In this document: one piece after another, positions 21,865 to 26,319 of the stretch
Position numbering within the stretch: the stretch's first letter is position 1
Layout of the letters: each line of letters starts with the position of its first letter
Assembly: GCF_004010195.1 (NCBI RefSeq)
Contig: NC_057719.1
Location: 36,605,959 to 36,632,277 of the forward strand
Direction: 5' to 3'
Length of the DNA stretch: 26,319 nt
Origin: Chiloscyllium plagiosum
Lineage: Eukaryota
Notes under the pieces: generated by a model
Databases searched by the model: none
What the model was told of the DNA's origin: nothing
What the model saw: only the letters and a program-made list of their open reading frames with translations
Position numbers and translations under genes: made by a program

Positions 21865-24800
21865 CTTGGCAGAGCAGTAGGCAAAAGTATGACTCCTAAA
21901 TACTGCTACGTTGTTGTAGGAATCTCCATTCCGGAGGATCAGGGATCAGTTGAATGTCCCTGCTGACAGGAAGTGTGTCTAGCTGCAGCTCCTCTTAGAT
22001 TACGTAGATCAATTCTAATGTTAGTTGAAAGCACTGAGGAGTATACAGGGAACAGAGAATGTGATAATAGCTTCAGGGATGTGGTCATGTTTCATATTCA
22101 GTCATGTAGATTGGTAACCACCAGGAGAGGTAGGCAGGAGTGCAGGAGTCTCTCTTGGCTATTCCCCCACTCAAACAAGTATACTATTTTGGAGTACTGT
22201 TTGGGGGGGCACGATAGCCTCTCAGTGAAAATAACAGCAGTAGACAGGTCTTCGGCACCATAATTGGTTCTGCTGTAAAGCAAGGTGTGGCAAAGTGTAA
22301 GTGAGCAATTGTGATAGGGACTCTCTTGTCAGGGACACAAACAGGCGAGTTAGACTCCTTGGTGCCAGCGATAAGGACGTCTCAGAGCAATTGCAGCAAG
22401 CTCAAAGGGAGTGTAAGCAGCCAGAGATGTACACGTTGGTACCAATGACATAGATAGTACAGTATAAGGGATGAAGTCGAGGAGAGTGAATATAAGGAGT
22501 TAGGCAGGTGGTTAAAAATCAGGCCCTTAAGGATAGTAGTCTCTGGATTACTTCTGGTGCCACATGCTACTGAGAGCAGGAATAGGAGGAAAGGACAGAT
22601 GAATGCATGGCTAAGGTGCTGATGCAAGGGACAGGGATTCAGATTTTTGGAGCATTGGAATCTCTTCTGGGGCAGAACCTATACAAGAGGCACAGGTTGC
22701 ACTTGAACTGGAGGGGGATCAAATCCTGGCAGGAAGATTTGCTAGAGCTACTAATGGAGATTTAAACTAGTTTGGCCGGGGGTGGAGATCTAAGTAGTAG
22801 TGAGACGAGAGAAGGTTGAGGCTGATAAAAAGTTAAAGGGTGCAAGTTAAATAAACAAGGCAGGTAAGATCATGGCAGGGAACAAGGGAAGACTGATGAA
22901 TTAAGTTGCATTTATTTCAATGCAAGAGGCCTGACAGGTAAGGCAGATGAACTCCAGACATGGATAGGAACATGGCACTGGGATATCATTGCTATTACAA
23001 AAATACAGCTGACGGAGGGACAGAGCTGGGAGCTCATTGTTCCCGAGTACAGATGCTTTCGGAAGGAAAATGGAGAGGAGAGGCAGGAGAGTGGCACTTT
23101 TGATTAGGGAAAACATTGTGGCAGTACTTAGAGAGGGTATTCTGAAGGATCGTCCATTGAAGCTATATGGGTGGAACTGAGAAATAAGAAGGGGATAATC
23201 ACTTTGGAGGGATTAACTCCCACACCCCTCCCCCAGAGGGAAATTGAATTAATATGTAGGGAAATCTCAGGTAGCTCTAAGAATAATAGAGGGGGATGGT
23301 AACTTTCCAAACATAGACTGCCATGGTGTTAAGGGCTTGGATGGGGAGAAATTTGTATGTTCAAGAAAACATTCTCAATCAATTCCCAACCAGAGAAGGG
23401 GCAAAACCTGAACTCCTCTTGGGAAATAAGGCACGGCAAGTGACTGAGATATTGGTGGAGGAGCACTTTGGGACCAGTGACCATAATTCTAGTAGTTTTT
23501 AAATAGTTATGGAAAAGGATAGCCTGGTTCACAAGTTAAAAGTTTAAATTGGGGCAAGGCCAATTTTTATGGTAATAAATAGGAATTTTCAAACGGTGAT
23601 TGGGGAAGACTACTTGCAGGTAAAGGGACATCTGGCAAGTGGGAGGCTTTCAAATGCGAGAGAACAAGAGCTCAGGGACAGCATGCTCCTGTTAGTGTGA
23701 AGGACAACGCTGGCAGGCGTAGAGAACACTGGATGACTAAAGATATTGAGGCTCTGGTGAAGAAAATTGAGGGCATATAATAGGGATCAAGTGACTCCCT
23801 TGTGGAGTATAGAGGGTGTGGGAATATACTCAGAAATCAGAAGGGCAAGAAGGGGACATGAAAGTGCTGTGGTAGATTGGATTCTCCTTTACCATAACAG
23901 ATTCTATATTAAGGACAAAACAGTATTAGGGAGAGCAGAGTGCCTCTTAAAGATAAACAAGACTGTCTATGTATGGACCCACAGAAGATGGATGAGATCT
24001 AAAACAAATATTTCACTTCGTTGCTTACTATAAAGAAAGATATGAAATCTAGGGAATTTGTGAAATAATAATTTCTTGAGAAGAGTCCATGTTACAGAAG
24101 AGGAGATGCTGGAGGTCTTAAGACACACAAAGGTAGATAAATCCCTGCAACCTGATCAAGTTTATCTCAGGACATTATGGGAAGCTAGGGAAGAAATTGA
24201 AAGTCTCCTAGCAAACATATTTGTATCGTTGACAGCCACGGTAAGGCTCTGGAAGACGGGAATGTCTAATGTTGTGCCTTCTTTTAAGAAAGTTTGCAAG
24301 GAAAAGCCAGGAAATTACAGACTAGTGGGCATGATGTCAGTGGTGGGTACGTTGTTGGAGAGGATTCTGAGACCGTATCTACATACATTTGGAAAGGCAA
24401 GGACTGATTAGAGGTAGTCAGTATGGCTTTATGCATGGGAAATTGTGTCTTACAAAGTTAATTGAGTTTTTTTGAAGAGGTGATAGATGAAGGCAGAGCA
24501 GCAAACATTAACATGGACTTTATCAAAGCCTTCGACAAGATTCTGCATGTTAAACTGATTAGTTGGATTAGGTTGGATCACCTGGGATCCAGGGAGAGCT
24601 AGCAAATTAGAGATAAAATTGACTTGATGGTAGGAGATGGAGGGTGGTAGTAGAGGGTTTTTGTTCAGACCGGAGCCCAGTGACCAGCAGTGTGCTGCAA
24701 AGAACGATGCAGGCTATGCTGTTGTTTGTCACTTCTCTAAAAGATTTGGAAGTAAATATAGGAGGCATGATTAGTAAGATTGCAGATAACACCAAAATTG

Positions 24801-25675
24801 ATTGCATTCTGGGCAGTGAAGTAGGTTATCTAAGAGTAACAGGACCTTGATCAACTGGGCCAGTGGACCGTGGAGTGACAGATGGAGTTCAGTTTAGATA
24901 AATGCAAGATGTTGCATTTTGGTAAGACAAACCAGGGGCAGGACTTGCACAGTTAATGGTAGGATCCTGGGGAGTGTTGTCAAAGAGACCAAGGGGTGCA
25001 GTTATGTGGTTCCTTGAAAGTGGCATCACAGGTAGACAGGATGGTGTGCATTTGGCACACTTGCCTTCATCAGTCAGAGCACTGAGTACAGGAGTTGGGA
25101 TGGCATGTTACAGCTGTACAAGACATTGGTAAGACCACAATTGGAGTACAGCACACAATTCTAGTCGCCCTGTTATAGGAAAGAAGTTATTAAACTGGAA
25201 AAGGTACAAAACAGATTTACAAGGCTGTTGCCAACTCTGGGGGGTTTGATTATAAGGATAGACGGGAATAGGCTGGGACTACTTTCCTCCCTGGAGGTTT
25301 GGAGGCTGAGTGGTGACCTCATAGAGGTTTATAAAATCATGAAGGGCACAGTTGAGGTGAATAGACAAGGTCATCTCAGGGTAGGAGAGTCCAAAACTAG
25401 AAGGTGTAGGTTTAAGGTGAGAGGGGAAAGATTTAGAAATAACCAAGGGGCAGCTTTTTCACACAGAGGGTGGCCCATATATGGAATGAGCTGCCAGAGG
25501 AAGTTGTGTGTACAATTGCAATACTTAAAAGACACTTAGACATGTCCGTGAAAAGGAAAGGTTCAGAGGGATATAGGCCAAACACAGGCAACTGGGACTC
25601 GTTCAGTTTGGGAAACCTGATTGGTTATGGACATGTGGGCTGCAGGACCTGCTTCCATGCCATATGACACTATTA
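21865..25675 (+). mobile_element. Near full-length but decayed CR1/HER1 LINE: ORF1 (SGNH esterase-like) and ORF2 (APE endonuclease + RT)
   Basis: ORF1 remnants AIVIG/DSLVR, LGAS.KDVSEQLQ, HVGTNDI, LHLNWRG. ORF2 from about 22900: CIYFNARGLTGKADEL, DIIAIT, KEKPGNYRLV, DFIKAFDK, KIADNTKI, YKTLVRPQLEY, WNELPEEVV. Tail near 25630-25675. Many stops and frameshifts. Confidence 0.9.
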
Positions 25676-25872
25676 TATTCCAGCCACCAAGTTGTTGCCC
25701 ATTCACTTAACCATCTTTTGTCACTCTGCAGATATTTTGCGTCGTCCTCACCACTTTCCATCCCACCTATTTCTGTGTCACCCACATATGTGGCTTTAGT
25801 ACATTCACTTTCCTCATTCATTATATTGTACATAATTACAGCCCCGGCATTGATTTTAGTGGCACTCTCTGA
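25676..25872 (-). mobile_element. CR1 RT fragment (degenerate FADDTK region)
   Basis: ORF 25603-25917(-) reads KATYVGDTEIGG..DAKYLQSDKRWLSEWATTWWLEYN. Confidence 0.75.
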
Positions 25873-25924
25873 CCTGCTGTAATGGACACAATACTTGTCC
25901 TGCTGTAATAGACACAATACTTGT
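25873..25924. repeat. Tandem duplication, 2 x 26 bp CCTGCTGTAAT(G/A)GACACAATACTTGT
   Basis: 25873-25898 and 25899-25924, one mismatch. Confidence 0.9.
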
Positions 25925-26091
25925 ATGTTTGTCCTAGTTTAGGTTGCTATCAATGATAACCCCTGAAAGTAAAGGAGCATGAAGCAACAGCAACCTGCTT
26001 GAGAACACCACGTTGACTCTTAAGGCCATGTCTGCAGTGTGCTGCTCCACTGGGGCCACCTGGACAATGTGCTGGGCAGGAGAAAAGACAG

Positions 26092-26319
26092 TTTTTTTAA
26101 TAGATATTTTTTACAAGTTTACAAAAATAAACAAAACTCTCAAGTACAAACATTGATATACAATTAAATCTTAAATATATAATAACCAAAATTTAACAGA
26201 AGAAAAATACCGAGAAAGAAAAAAAAACAAAACTCAACTAGCTACTAATCTCACCTACAACTAATCAGAGTGTATATTTAAGTCTCTTACATTATTCAAA
26301 TAAGAGAAAGAGAAAAAAA
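26092..26319 (-). mobile_element. Possible LINE (L1/Tx1-like) 3' UTR running off the window
   Basis: T-run followed by an abrupt, strongly A-rich tract. Composition only; no coding motif seen. Confidence 0.3.

Noticed and set aside
25873..25924. CRISPR-like direct repeats
   Set aside because: Two adjacent 26-mers with no spacer in eukaryotic DNA; a simple tandem duplication.
15700..26319. Exons of a neighbouring gene (e.g. SLC25A47) on the minus strand
   Set aside because: I could not identify mitochondrial-carrier motifs or a convincing exon by eye. A tBLASTn search is needed to exclude this.

Overview
This is AT-rich, CpG-depleted vertebrate genomic DNA. The repeats (HE1-type V-SINE, HER1/CR1 LINEs, Penelope-like elements) point to a cartilaginous fish, probably a shark; that assignment is inferred from recognised repeat families. 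The main feature is the cytoplasmic tryptophanyl-tRNA synthetase gene WARS1 on the + strand. Nine coding exons (2457-2670, 4658-4766, 5548-5667, 6697-6879, 8783-8883, 9504-9616, 12095-12268, 12504-12644, 15397-15555) have GT-AG introns and splice in frame to 1314 nt (437 aa plus stop), with HVGH, AIDQ and KMSAS motifs and a polyA signal at 15671. The N-terminal WHEP-start exon is not in the window, but a candidate 14-nt microexon lies at 2173-2186. The rest is introns and 3' flank, largely decayed retroelements, and most ORF-track entries are LINE fragments or noise. I see no clearly new multi-gene system. The best leads are (i) two Penelope-like relics with hammerhead-ribozyme-like cores in the last intron, one a TSD-flanked fold-back element, (ii) the microexon plus a strong-Kozak internal Met equivalent to the mini-TrpRS start, (iii) an inverted RTE duplication containing an 18-nt micro-inversion, and (iv) residues bearing on the evolution of TrpRS non-canonical functions. 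Repeat family names and human residue numbers come from memory, not from database searches.
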